The notes beneath the pieces were generated by a model, which did no database searches, was not told where the DNA came from, and saw nothing but the letters and a program-made list of their open reading frames with translations. A stretch of 64,000 nt of DNA, taken from Chrysomallon squamiferum (lineage: Eukaryota > Animalia > Mollusca). Positions 1 to 14,033 of the stretch are shown here, in pieces. Made by a program: the position numbers and the translations under genes. The stretch is from positions 12,834,001 through 12,898,000 of the forward strand of contig CM022668.1 of NCBI GenBank assembly GCA_012295275.1, in the 5' to 3' direction. Within the stretch, counting starts at the first letter, position 1, and the number at the start of each line of letters is the position of its first letter.

Positions 1-575
1 GAGAAAATGGATTTCTGTACAATTTATAATTAGGTTAGGATTTTTATACAATAAAATATAAACCTATACAAGTAGATCAGGAGTTTTTGTACAATATAAT
101 AATCTGGTTTGACTTTTTATACAATATAATCAATAAAGCATGTTTATACACCACAGTAATTTGGTTATGAGTTTTATATAATATAATAATTAGGTTACAA
201 GATATATGCAATATAATAATTTGGTTAGGAATTGTATACAATATAAATAATAAGACACGTATTACACAAGGTAATATATAAATCTGTATTTTTATACAAT
301 AAAATAAAAATCTAAATATTGTAGTTATGAATTTTACATGAGATAAAAAGGATTTCTAAACAAGATAATAAATAAATTAGTTATTTTTTATACAATTAAA
401 TAAAAATCTAAATATTGTATAGCTATGAATTTTACATAAGATAAAAAGGATTTCTATACAAGATAATAAACAAATGAGTATCTTCATACAATTAAATAAA
501 AATCTAAAAACGCAGACATGAACATTACATAATACATAAGGATTCTGATACCACATAAAATATGAAACAAAACAG
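1..575. repeat. Diverged AT-rich tandem repeat (about 35-40 bp units, then about 95-bp duplications) in the ITPRID-like 3' region
   Basis: Recurring tacaatataataatt..ggttagga. The block 291-375 is repeated at 387-472. Confidence 0.7.
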
Positions 576-659
576 ATAATGGTTTTATAATCAATCAATG
601 AATGGTCTGGGTTTTGTTGTATTTGTTTGTGTTGTTGTTGTTTTTTTTGTTTTTTTTCT

Positions 660-1193
660 TTACACAAGAGATTCGTTAGCTGACAAAGACAGTTTTCGGT
701 ACATTTCTGGCAGCTCTAAGGAAACCGTGGAACCAGAGGACATGCTGACCGTGTCACATTCCGACTTGCACAACTCAAAACTCAGAGGATGAAGAACACT
801 GCCGTCCTTAGGCAACACGAACTTGACATCGACAGAAGCGTCCTTGGAGCCCTGGTCAAGTCGCTCAGATGACGACAGTGTTTCCGATGTTTCCTCAACA
901 CTGATGTGGACCTCGTTGTCTTCGTCATCATCTTGTGGTCGCATCCTCTGCAATTCCGGCAGCGATTCAGCAACTGCTGCAGAAGCTGCTGTTGTTGATG
1001 ATGATGGTAAAGAGGAACATTCTGCCGAAGGGAACTTTTCACGAATGTCTCGGAAAGCCAGGTCAGCTTGTTTGGGCATGTGCAGTAGTAGTGCTACCAG
1101 ACGTCTGGTAATGTGTTTGTCGACGAGGTGTCTGAAGGAGATTTCCAGACGTCTGGTGCTGCCGTTGCTTTGACGCCTGCTGTTCACTTCCAC
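660..1193 (-). CDS. Probable C-terminal coding segment of the ITPRID-like protein, in a different frame from exon 8 (Ser/Glu/Asp-rich, ends ...SANESLV*)
   Basis: Open frame of at least 177 codons with disordered-protein composition. The GC-rich block ends exactly at the TAA (660-662). Its link to the upstream frame is unresolved. Confidence 0.55.
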   Translation of the reverse strand: MEVNSRRQSNGSTRRLEISFRHLVDKHITRRLVALLLHMPKQADLAFRDIREKFPSAECSSLPSSSTTAASAAVAESLPELQRMRPQDDDEDNEVHISVEETSETLSSSERLDQGSKDASVDVKFVLPKDGSVLHPLSFELCKSECDTVSMSSGSTVSLELPEMYRKLSLSANESLV

Positions 1194-1228
1194 ACATCTG
1201 TTTCTGCACAGCAGCAGTGGTCAGGGAC

Positions 1229-1745
1229 TCAACCGCATCGTTCCCTGCCTCCATCAGCTTCTTCTTCAGCATTACTTCGCTTAGCATCGGCTTCTATTTC
1301 ACTGACGTCGAGAGACCCACCACCACCACCACCAACAACGACGAGGTTGCTTCTTTCAGGTGAGGCTCTCAACTGACGTCGCGGGAAGTACGAAGGAACC
1401 TTGCTCTCGATAACACAGGAGAGATCATAAGCATCGTCATCAAAACCATCACCACCACCATCATCATCATCATCATCATTAAGACGACTGCTGTGGAGAG
1501 AATGATTATATTTCCTACACTGACCTGTTCTGGAATGCTGGGTCTTTTTCATCACCAGACGGTGCAGTTCGGGGTAGTCCTCGAAGATCTCGTTCAGGTC
1601 GATACCCGCTGCATGCGAGGGTTGAACCAGGAACCTCTCGGGAACTCGCATCATGCTGTTGCAGGTCTCAGTGGAGAAACCGAAGCCGAGGTTCAGTAAC
1701 ACTTTGACCGGATCCACTTGACGGGTTTGAAGAAGAGCATCCAGA
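1229..1745 (-). CDS. ITPRID: ITPRID-like exon 8: core of the KRAP IP3R-binding domain plus acidic/Gly linker
   Basis: Acceptor tcatccttcctcgcag| at 1746, phase 2. Reads (S)LDALLQTRQVDPVKVLLNLGFGFSTETCNSMMRVPERFLVQPSHAAGIDLNEIFEDYPEL...RERCG*. GC-rich compared with flanking introns. Confidence 0.88.
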
Positions 1746-2752
1746 CTGCGAGGAAGGATGAGAAAGAAAAAATAAATTTTTGTTTAAAATTTTCTCTCTA
1801 AAAGCGTTGAGGAAAAATCAATATTTTAACTTATCTTTGTGAAGATTGAAAATGAAAATTAAGATAAAATAAGAATAGACCCTGTGGTAAAACTGCATGG
1901 GTTACTCCTACTAATTTAATAAATTAATATTTATTTATCAAACCTGTAACCCTTTATATATTTAACCTCTTCCAAGCTGAATACAGCCACTTTACAGCAA
2001 AAATCTTAATTATGCTGGAAGCAGATGATACATGAAAATCATTTTGGACACATAAGACACACAATTTCTGTGAAATGAAACATCTTAACTGCTGAATTCT
2101 CTTATATATATTAACAAACAAGAGATCATTTACACACACAACCCTGTAAACAATACCACGATCTTTCATTCACAGGCAAAGCAATGGGATTAATCAGATT
2201 GAGAGAATATAAACAATCTCGTCCATTTTTACAGTCTATTCTGGTTAGTGGCTTGTACCAGGACGTGAACCGACTGGCTACGGGTTATAAAGAAAACTGC
2301 TTAACCACACAGTGTTGCTGATACTGGGGTGACAGGACATCACATACCTTGTTGTACTTCCTGCTGAACAGCTGGTCTGGCGAGATGTGTCAGAGTTGAA
2401 ACTCGTGAATATAGGCTTCTCCTTCAAGTCTTTCAGTCGCTTGTCAACCAAATGATGTGAGTTCAAAACTCTGTCGGGGAAAGAGAAATATTTTTTTTTT
2501 ATATTAATTTTGTTGCTATGTGTCTGGACAAATGTAATGATGATGATGATGATGATGATGATGATAAATAAATAATACTAGCATTAATAATAATAGTAGT
2601 AATATCTAAAATAATAATAATAATAATAATAATAAGTATAATAGTTAATAATAATAGTAGTAATATTTAAAACAATAATAATAATAATTAATAATAATAA
2701 GTAGAATAATAAAATAAGAATAATCATAATCATAATAGTAATATTAACAACA

Positions 2753-2803
<51 letters not shown>

Positions 2804-4670
2804 TTAATGATAATTTAATAATAATTTAATAATAATAATAATGATAATGATGATTATTTCTGGAAAGACAAATTGAAAACCTATGATTCTGCAGAAATTC
2901 TTCTTATTTATTTATTCATTTACACAATGTGTATAAACAAACAAACAAACAAACAAACAAACAAACAAAGAATAACTTACCCAACTGCAGTCTGCGCAGC
3001 CTTTGTCAGGTTATTGGCTGAAATAAAAATAAAAACAAAAATTCAATATTAAATCATTAATTCTGATACAAATGGACAAATGCCAGATTGTTCATTGTGT
3101 TTGCTGGCTATGTCAAAAGTGACCTTCACCTCGATAAACCTCAGACACTGTTTGGTTGTACAAAATGTGACAATCACCCTGATAGTCTTGAGTGTATTAA
3201 AACTGACCATCACCTTAGTAAATGCTAGATAGGTGACCATCACCATGGTGATCATACAAAAGGAATTCATTAAAATTCATTAAAGACTTTAGAAAAACTA
3301 AACAGACCACAATAAAAAACATCTATCTGATTCTAAAAAGAAATTTTTAATAATACTAAAAGTGATTTTTGCATTAATAAATTCTATAAATTCTTCAATA
3401 TTCATTAAATGACTGTATGGACCTTAATTTCAGGATTTATTGAAAACGCATTTTTACCATTCTTAAACATTCAAAATTAACAGATTTTATTATTAATTCC
3501 AGAAGTGATTATAACTTTGATAAATGCCTAAGTTTATGGAATGTTTCTGGGTTTGAAAAAATAACAAAAAACAATTACTATCATTTTATCAAAAAAAAAA
3601 AAAAAAATGTATATCGTATTTCTGTTTAATGTCAAAAGATCTGACAAATTTCAAAAACTGCTAAAGTTTTCAATCTGTCACTTCCAAAAATTTGAAACCA
3701 CAAGTGATACCAAAATTTAATTTCACATAAAATTAATTCCAGTATTTGTAAGTCTAAGATATCTGACCAAGCTCAAAACAACCATTACAATTACAAATGC
3801 CAAAATTTTCAATAGATTTTTAGCAATTTAAAAATATTTACAGAGTGACAACAAATGTGAAAAATTGTAAAATGCCATATCAAAAACATCTCTTCTATAG
3901 CATGAATGACATAAGATGAAGATATACAAATGTTTTAGCCATTCTAAAACTAACTGGCTAATATCAGAATGTTGAAATGATGCTTGTAATATCAACTGCT
4001 TTTATTTTTTACCACGAACATATATTAGATGTTGCATTATGTAGGAAATCGTAAAAAAAAAAAAAAAAAAAGATGGCCGTCACTTTGATAAATTTGGTAA
4101 CTTGGAATAAAAACGCAAAATTAATATTGACTCATATACTTATATATGTCAGATCTATGCTGCAGACAGGACATCAGTATTTATCAAAATGATAAGCTGC
4201 AAGATTATGTAATCCTAAATATTAGCTATTTGAAAAATGACTGCCGATATTGTTTAAGAAAGTAAAATAAAATAATAAAATTAATAAATAAATATTAGTA
4301 ATATTAATAACAGTAGTAGTAGTAATAATAATAACAATAGTAGTAGTGGCAGTAGTAGTAGTAGTAATAATAGTAATGGTAATAGTAACTAATACTAGTA
4401 ATAGTAGTATTAGTAGTAACTATAAAATAACAGTAATAAAAGTATTAGCAGTAGTAACTGTAGTAGTAGTAGTAGTAAAAGTAGTAGTAGCAGTAATAAT
4501 AATAATAATAGTAACAGTAGTAGTAGTAGTAGTTATAATACTAATAATATTAGTAATAATAAGAAACTTGATGACAATAATAATAATAATAAAATAATAA
4601 TAATAAAACTCAATAACAACAATAATAATAACACAATAATAATAATAACAACACAATAATAATAACAATA

Positions 4671-4705
<35 letters not shown>

Positions 4706-6146
4706 CAATAATAACAATAATAATAATATAATAATAATAATAATAAAAAAACATATTGACCTTTTTAACAACGTACGACACCACATTCATTCCAAAACTG
4801 ATTCATACAGTTACATATATATATATATTGTCTTTGTTAGTAACTAACTAAATAAAATAAAAAAATATAAATATCTTTGAATGTGACAGACACATGTCAA
4901 CATTAAATAACACTACATCTGAAAATAGTCTTATTGTACACCTCACAACATGCATTGTTATGGGAACAAAAGAAAGAAGGACATATTTTTGGGGTGCTTT
5001 GTGACATAATTCTCAGTACACTTGGGTTCCTTTGGTCTTTGTGGATGTGGCTGGGGGCAGCAATAAAACTGATAGATTACAAATACCAGAAGTGATAGAA
5101 TCATTACAAATGTAAGTGAAGACGATACATATATAAATATGTGTACTGCGCTACCTGTAAAGAGACGAATACAAAGATAAACACAGATACATGCTCGCAT
5201 ACAAAGGATATATATATATGTATGTTTGTATGTATAGAATAGACAGACAGACAGGCAGGCAAACATTGTCATGATATAGCTAGATATGAATAATTTATAA
5301 TATATTTCTAAAATGTATTAATTTCATGCTTTGAAAATGCTTTTTTACGAAAAAAAACAACTAAAGAAATAATTTTAAATTATTTGTTTAGTACTTTTAT
5401 GTAATTAATATTAAACATGATATAAATAAATGCATTGTCTGCTATTAATGCTAATATTATTATTATTATTATGGTAATAAAATAATTTAAAAAATGAAAT
5501 AAATATTAGTAATGTTTTCTCATTGTATCTCATGTTATAAGTAACAGTTGTTGTATCAGTTGAAATGCAAAATGTTATTAGACATCTAAACATTAACATT
5601 TGCTTGTTAAAAAGTTAACTACTGTTTTTATTCTATAGAAAATAAATAACTATATTACTGAGGAGTAAGAAAGAAAGATATTAAAAATAAAATCACCAAA
5701 ATTATACATATTCAGATTCGTGGATTTATATAAAAATTTATACAATGATTTTATGCATTGTTTTTTGGATGGGTTTTGTTTTGATAGTGTGTGTGTGTGT
5801 GTATGTGTGTGAGCATGTGCATGTGTAGGTGTATGTGTGGCTATAGTAGGTGCAGGTGTTTGTGTTCAAATGCATATAGCTATGTGCAAAAGCATGCATG
5901 CATACACACATTAGAGAAAAGAGAAAACTGTGGTTGGAATAAAACAAAAATGTATGGTTATAACAGAAAAAGGAAAAAGGTAAATACCTGGAATTTCTGA
6001 CATATTGAAAAATAACTTTTTAAGGAAGAATAATAAAACAGTATCCACTTTCTCAAACTGTTTTTTATAATTTTGTTTATACCTGTGTGTATGTGTGTAT
6101 ACAGCAGTCATTATTCTGATCACTACTAATTATTATGTGTGAATCA

Positions 6147-6204
<58 letters not shown>

Positions 6205-6464
6205 ACACACACATACATACATACAGAGCAGAATAAAGTGAATTTAGATTAATTTATTTAAAAATAACAACACCAATCCCATTCAGAATCAGTACAAAAT
6301 AACACAATTTTAATGAAAAATAACGTAACACTGGAACGCTAAACATTAACTCATCCACAAAATTCAGTTCAAGAATAACTCAAATAAGAAACAAATTTGA
6401 TTATATCTACTGTATATCTAACAAACATAAATAAACTCCTTTACATTCTGAACAACACAAAAAG

Positions 6465-6498
<34 letters not shown>

Positions 6499-7284
6499 TA
6501 CCTGTAAACAAACGAGGAAATACATGAAACAATTTGCCTCAGGTAAAAAAAAATCAAATAAAAAAAAAAAAAAAAAAAAGATGATCCTGTTATAGGTTTA
6601 TTCAAGTTTGATCAATTCTAAAGAATGATCCACATTTTGAACTCTGACGTAATTAAATAATCAAACAGCAATTGTTATCTGCGTGGAGATCCACGAAGGC
6701 CATTTTTTTGCTTGAAGAAATAAACAGGCAAAAAAAAAAATAAAAAAAAAAAAAAAAAAAAAATAGGTGCATTGTTGTAGTTATCTATCAAATGTAAATA
6801 AACATGTCACTTGTATCTTTGAACTTAAAGATTAAAAAAAAAAAAAAAAAAAAAAAATTAATTTAAAAAAACATTAAATGACTAATATAAATAAATAATG
6901 AATAAATGAACAAATGAATGAATAAATAAATAAATGATAAATGTCACTTGTATCTTTGAACTTAAATATTAAAAATGAAAAATATTTAATATAATTTAAA
7001 AAAAGAAAAAGAATTAAAATGAAATAAATAAAAAATTAATGTAAATAAGCACGACGATATTAAAATAATAAATGTAAATAATATAAATATATAAATAATA
7101 ATGAGGATGATGAAAATAATAATTATAACAACAATAATAAAAACAAAATTAAATTTTAATTAACACAGTTTCATATTTTTGGTAAATGCTACATTATGGA
7201 GAAAAAAGAAAGAAAAAAGAAAAACAAACACATGAAGAAGAGAAAGAGAAAAAAACAGAGAGAGAGAAAGATAAAGAGACAAAG

Positions 7285-7315
<31 letters not shown>

Positions 7316-8398
7316 TAAACATATTAAGATGAAAAAGAAAAAAAAAACACAGAGAAGGATACAAAATTATTCAGTCTTCTTATATTACAACACAGATTTA
7401 TAATTAATGCTTAATTTATTAGACATTACACACAAAGTGAAAACTACAATACACTGTTGTATGTAACAATATATTACACACCTACAATATACTCTGTTGT
7501 ATATAACAGTATATTACACACCTACAATGTATATAACAGTGTATTTACAAACTGTATAACGGTGCTGTATAACAGTATATTACATACCTATGATAACATA
7601 TATGTCCACTCTGAAAGTTAAACTGGTATGTCCACTCTAAGCTGACCTTCTCATTTACTAATTGACCTGACATGGTCAACCAAAACAATGGCTTTAATGG
7701 AGGTCAAGGTCAGAATGCTTGGACATTAGATGGAAGCAACAATTTAAGCTGAAGTGTAATTAAGATTGTTGCAAGACAGTTTTATGTTTCACTTAAATGT
7801 AATGTACTCCACACACACACACACACAAACAAACACAAACACATACACAAGATAATTTGATCATTTACAAACACAAGCATGTCCAAACAACAAAACACAT
7901 ACACACACACCTAAATAAAAATAAAAATATTCACATACATTCATACCAATATACAGACACACACACATATATATATATACACCTTACATAAATACAACCA
8001 TTAATATATATGAATGTACATATAACACACACACACACACACACACATGCAAACATAATTAAAAATAACCATACTTACATACAATTATTAAATCGCTATT
8101 TAAAACGACCCTTCTTGATCGCCAGTAATTTTACATATTCACATAGGAGGGAGAAATTTGAAGTTTATAAAATGCACAGCCCATCAACCATGAATGCAGC
8201 TTTATGTGTGTAGATAATTATTGCTGGGAAAACAGGTTTTTAAGTCATTCTTTACTGCAGCCCACTGTTCCCCACACACACACACTTGACTGTGTGTACT
8301 GTAAACTGTAGATGTCTCTGATATGCCATTTGTTGCAGTTTCTTGTTCAGGTATACCAGCAGATCGTTACAGGGGCATATACTATATCTTAGTTTTAA

Positions 8399-8430
<32 letters not shown>

Positions 8431-8462
8431 TTGGTGTGTGTGTGTCTCTGTGTGTGTGTGTG

Positions 8463-8508
<46 letters not shown>

Positions 8509-10723
8509 TTGGTGTGTGTGTGTAAGTATGAGTGTGTATATCTAAGAGTGTGGACCTGTATCTGTGTGTCCGTGTGTATGTGTGTGTTTATGTTTATGTA
8601 AGTGTTTGTAAGTTTGTATTTTTTTTTTTATATATATGTCTGTGTATATACAATGTTCATATATTTGTGTATGTATGTATGCATGCATCTATATCTATTC
8701 ATATGTCTATTTGTCTATCTATCTATTTGTCTGTCTATCTGTCTGTCTGTCTATCTATCCATCTGTCTATATATCTGTCTGTCTGTTTATCATCTATCTA
8801 TCTGTCTGTCTGTCTGTCTGTATAAAACTTGTAAATATATTTGTGAATATATATGCACACATGCATACAAATGTGCAAACACACACACACACATACACAC
8901 AAACAAACATTTTTTTAAATACTACCAGCTGACAACAAATTGAGTACTTTACATCTAAGTAAAACAAATATATTTATTATCTAACTATCTTGAATACGTG
9001 ACAAAACACACAGTGTCTGTCTCTCTGTCTGTCTGTTTGTCTATCAGTCAGTCAGTCAATATTTATCTTACTGGTGCAAACAAACAGACTATCAAACAGT
9101 ATTTTAAAGTGACAGTGGAGTCTATTTTATAAACACAAATCATAAATATTAAAGTCTAAACGTTAACCTATGTCAACAATAAAGCACAGTGAAAATGTAT
9201 CGATTATTTTCACTGTAATCAAAGTGGGGGTTTAAACCTCTCACACGTAAAATTAAAACTTTTTAGACACTAAGGGTAATAATTTAAATATTTGATAGCT
9301 GAAACATGATATGTTAAACCTCTAATGTAAATAAGTCTAGTATTTAAATATTTTTATGGCTTAACCATAAAATCTTAAATTCTAATACAGGTATTTTGAA
9401 ATATTTTACAGCAAAACCATAATCTTTAATAAGCCTAGTATTTAAATATTTTACAGCTATACCATAACCAAATCCTAATATAAGCAAGCCTAGTAATTTA
9501 AATATTTTGTAGTTAAGCCAATCTTAAATTCTAATATAAAATAAGCCTAGCATTTTAAAATATTTTATAGCTATACCATGGCAATGTTGTATTATAAGTA
9601 AGCCTAGTATAGTAGATATTTTTCAGTTAAATCCTAATATCTTAATTTCTAAAATAAAAATGTAGTATTTCAAACATTTTATGGCAAACTCTAATTTGAG
9701 CCTGGATTTCTGAGTTAGTTAAAATGACCAACGAAAAATTAAATGAAACTATATTTAAAAAATATAATCTTAATATCTAATAGTGAATTTAAAATTATTT
9801 AAAAAAAAAAAAATAATAATAAATAAATAATAAAAAAAAAAAAAAAAAAAAATAAATAAATAAATAAATAAATAAATAAAAAATAACATCACCAGACAAT
9901 TAAAATAAAACTAAATCTACAAACATTTTTAAAATCCTTCTTAAAATAAAAACACTATAAACTAAACCTTTCAGCATTTAAAATCTGTTTAATATTCTAC
10001 ATAAAACTTAAACACTGACTTTTCAAATTTAAAAAAAAAAAAAAAAAAAAAAATTATACTCGGATTTAAATTCTAAGTATAATTTAATCACCGACGTTTC
10101 AAATTTCACGTTAAAATTAACTCAAATTTTAAATTTAAACTACATTTAAATTCTCAAATACAAGTAATGCATTGACTTTTTCAATTCATGTTAAAATTTT
10201 AACCTACCTCTGACCATTGTTCAGTCATGTCCCATTGGCAAAACATAATAAATTTATTTATCAGAATCCATATCTGTGTGTGTGTGTGTAAGTGTATGTG
10301 TGTGTGTGTAAAATGATATAACTAATGAAAAATCATGTGCTATAAATATTATCTTTATCTACAATTAATATAGATATAATTAATCTGTGATCTTCACAGA
10401 TTTCGTCATATCTTTTTTTTAACCTTTGATATTCCGTATGTAATTGATTTTATATGTCTGTACTTGTCTACGTATTTATAGTATGTTATGTTTGTATGTG
10501 GATTTTGTATGTGTGTTTGGATGTATGTGTGTGTGTATCCATGTGATACTAATGCTATTAAAAAATGAAAATAATATATATATATAAAAAAAAAAAAAAC
10601 TTTTAACAAATCTCACTGTGTTTGTCTTGCCCTCCACTTTTTTAAAAACTTATCTGTCTGTCTATAATTCACAAACATACAATATTTTACTTTACAGCAA
10701 CATTGTTCTTGTAAGAATTTTCC

Positions 10724-10756
<33 letters not shown>

Positions 10757-10888
10757 AGAATATTGTTTTTAGTGACTTTAATAATTTTCTCATTTTGGGG
10801 AAACTAGTATAATATTTGCTGAACATCAAGCTTTTTGTCAAAGTCATATTCAAGATCCTCATAATTTTTTAAACACATTCTCTTTCTC

Positions 10889-10922
<34 letters not shown>

Positions 10923-11284
10923 TGTGTGTGTGTTTTTCATTAGTTTTTGAATGCCAAATTAAGAAGCCTACTACATTTATTTATGTATAAGGCTCACTTG
11001 AAAATTCCTAATAAATTAATTCATGAAATAAATATGGAGTAGTTGCTGACAAAGAATATTATTAGCATAAAACTAATCACCAAACTGCAACCCACTAATT
11101 TACTTTAGAACAAGAATAATAAAGATAAATTGTGAAGATATAAATACTGGTCAAGCAATAATATATATATATATAGTTTCTGTTAACTAAGTAATATAAC
11201 CAAGCTTCAGAGTTCTTATTTCCATGTCTAAATAGATAAATATTTTGAATTTAAAAACAAATTATGAAATTATTCTGTTTTAAA

Positions 11285-11317
<33 letters not shown>

Positions 11318-13153
11318 ACAAACAACTATTTGAACACAAATATAAACAGTCTGTTAACCAAGATAATATAAATCTGACAAAACAAACTTCAGAAATGTAA
11401 GTTCCATGCACAATTAGCCAAATATTCAGAATTTAATCAAAGAAAAATTAAGAAATAACTGTATTCGAAAAAGAACTCTTTCGATTACAAACCAACCTTT
11501 TTTTTTTAATATTTAATTTAAGTCCAGTACATTGGCTTATACATGAGTAAATATGGTAAATATCTTGAAAATTGCTATTGAGAATCACACACGCACAGAC
11601 AACAATGCATGCAGGCACAAACGCACGCACACACGCACACACTAGATACTTATATCTAAAAATAAAAGTTATGAAGCAGATGTTAATGCAGTCTGTTAGG
11701 GAGAAAAACAATAAGAATGTTTTATATCTACACCTGTGACCCTAACTGCCAGAATTCATCACTTGAAAAACAAATGACTTTTGATCTACAGGCTGAAAAT
11801 ATTGATTGTTCGTTTTTTTCATTAAAACAATAAGCTTCAGGCTTTTTTTTGTTTATGAAGAAATGAACTGGAATAAATATGTAAAAAAGGAATTGTAAGT
11901 GCTACTAGAAATGATTTTAATGTTACTATACAAAAAAATTTTAACTTTTATAGATCAATTTCTTCGAACAGAATGTTCCAGGATAGTTGAAAATAAATTT
12001 TGGAATCTATCTATTTTTCTATTTCTGTGTGTGTGGGTGCATGCATGCGTGAGCATGTGCATGTGCATGTGTGCATGTATGTATATATATATATATAAAA
12101 ATCCTGTTTTTATAAATCTACAAAAATTTAAAACTCATTAAAAGTATTAATATGACTCATTTAGGCAGGTAGGGTCAAAGATTAATGTGTGTTAAAGATT
12201 AGAAAAATTAATACAGAAATTATATTTTGTCTACAAACCTTTATAAGAGTGACCTGAAATTGACATGCATATAAAACAAATGACATGCATAACAAAAAAA
12301 ACAAAAAAAGCTTAAACATTGGTGGAAATTATGTTTATAATTGTATTATGAAGCATGCAAGTTTAATGTTTATATAGCGTGAAATTCAAAGTGCATTTTG
12401 TATTTATGTGTGTGTGTGACTGTGTGTGTATATGTTTGTTAATCTACATATCTGTGTATACATATATATATATATATATACATACATACACATACAAGTA
12501 TGTAGTTCTGTTTTCATGGCAAAGTGTCTGTATGTATGTATTGGTGTATATTCCTCATATTTAACAATACTATTTAAAACATTTATCGTTTAAAAACAAA
12601 TCCCTCAAACAAAAAAAACAAAATAAATTTAAATTAAAATAAACAATAAAAATAAATTTTAAACAAAATATTTACAAACAATAATGATATATACAATCAA
12701 TACAAAAATTAAAAAAATATATTTCTTGAAAAAGCCTATTGGGGATGAAGTATCATTTTAATAAGCCACCCACAAGCAAAACCTAAGAAAAGGAAAGGAC
12801 AGATGTCGGAATGGGATATTTGTCTTTTTATTTCAAAGATTATATAAAGACAATACTCTGATGATCAACAGAAGATGTGAGAAACATAAAGGAATTTGTA
12901 AAATTAAAATATTTGTTCTTAATCTATTAATATCAAAGATAAATTTCAAAATTAATTACCTTCACTTCCTAGTGGAAGATCATCTTCAAAAATAGTCTCC
13001 TCTTTGTGTCTGAAATAATAACAAAAATATTTTAAAATTACGAAATTAAGCTAGCATTTGTAAGAAAGGCCTGTAATCCAAAATGGCTGCTTTAAAACAA
13101 TATTATTGACCAATAACATATGCTGCAATATCAATATGTTTTTTTAAATATTT

Positions 13154-13189
<36 letters not shown>

Positions 13190-13742
13190 TATGGGCAGAC
13201 ATAGCTTAGATATAAAAGCTGAATTTGATGTGACAAGGTTTTAGGATCTATTCTAACTAATGGAAACAATGTTCCATTTCTTGTTCTAATACAGAAACTC
13301 TATTAACAAATGATGTGGTGTGTACTATAATTTAAACACATGACAGATTATATAAAACACTTACCCATTGGTCAGTTCTGTGTGAACTGGGGCAGCCTCT
13401 TCTTGATGTGACCAATCGTGATGAGCTAGAAAATAATTATATTCAAATTTATTTTAAAATTATATAAACAGGCGATTCTAAATAATCCTTCTTGATATAA
13501 GATATTCTTTAAACTGCTGTGGTATAAAGTACTTACAAACGTAATATGACAATATCTTTAAAATAACTATGTCTTACAAACTGAAGAACTAATTTTAAAG
13601 GTTTTAAAATATTGAAAAGTGTTATGTTAGTGAGTAATAAGAATCAATATATTTCAACTTTCTAAAAACACTTTACGAAAAACCTCTCAAATCTATTTTT
13701 ACTATTTTTAACCAGTACCACATTAAACTACTGTATTAATTA

Positions 13743-13774
<32 letters not shown>

Positions 13775-13977
13775 CCATTAAAATAATTACATTGCATCAT
13801 TTAGGCCATAAAACCAAAATTTTGGGGATCTTAAAAACCACCATTTTTACAGAAATGTTAAACACAATATTTCAAGTCCTAAAAAAACACCATTATTATC
13901 TTTAAAAACATTTATCTTTAAAACCCACTTTAACAATAAGGTGTAAAACTACTGTATAACTTGGACCCTTAAAATTA

Positions 13978-14033
<56 letters not shown>

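Noticed and set aside
1090-1231. Selenocysteine insertion, stop readthrough or A-to-I recoding of the TGA at 1229
   Set aside because: The same frame meets another TGA after 14 codons and a TAG soon after. Its continuation is less protein-like than the ESLV frame, and no SECIS is recognisable.
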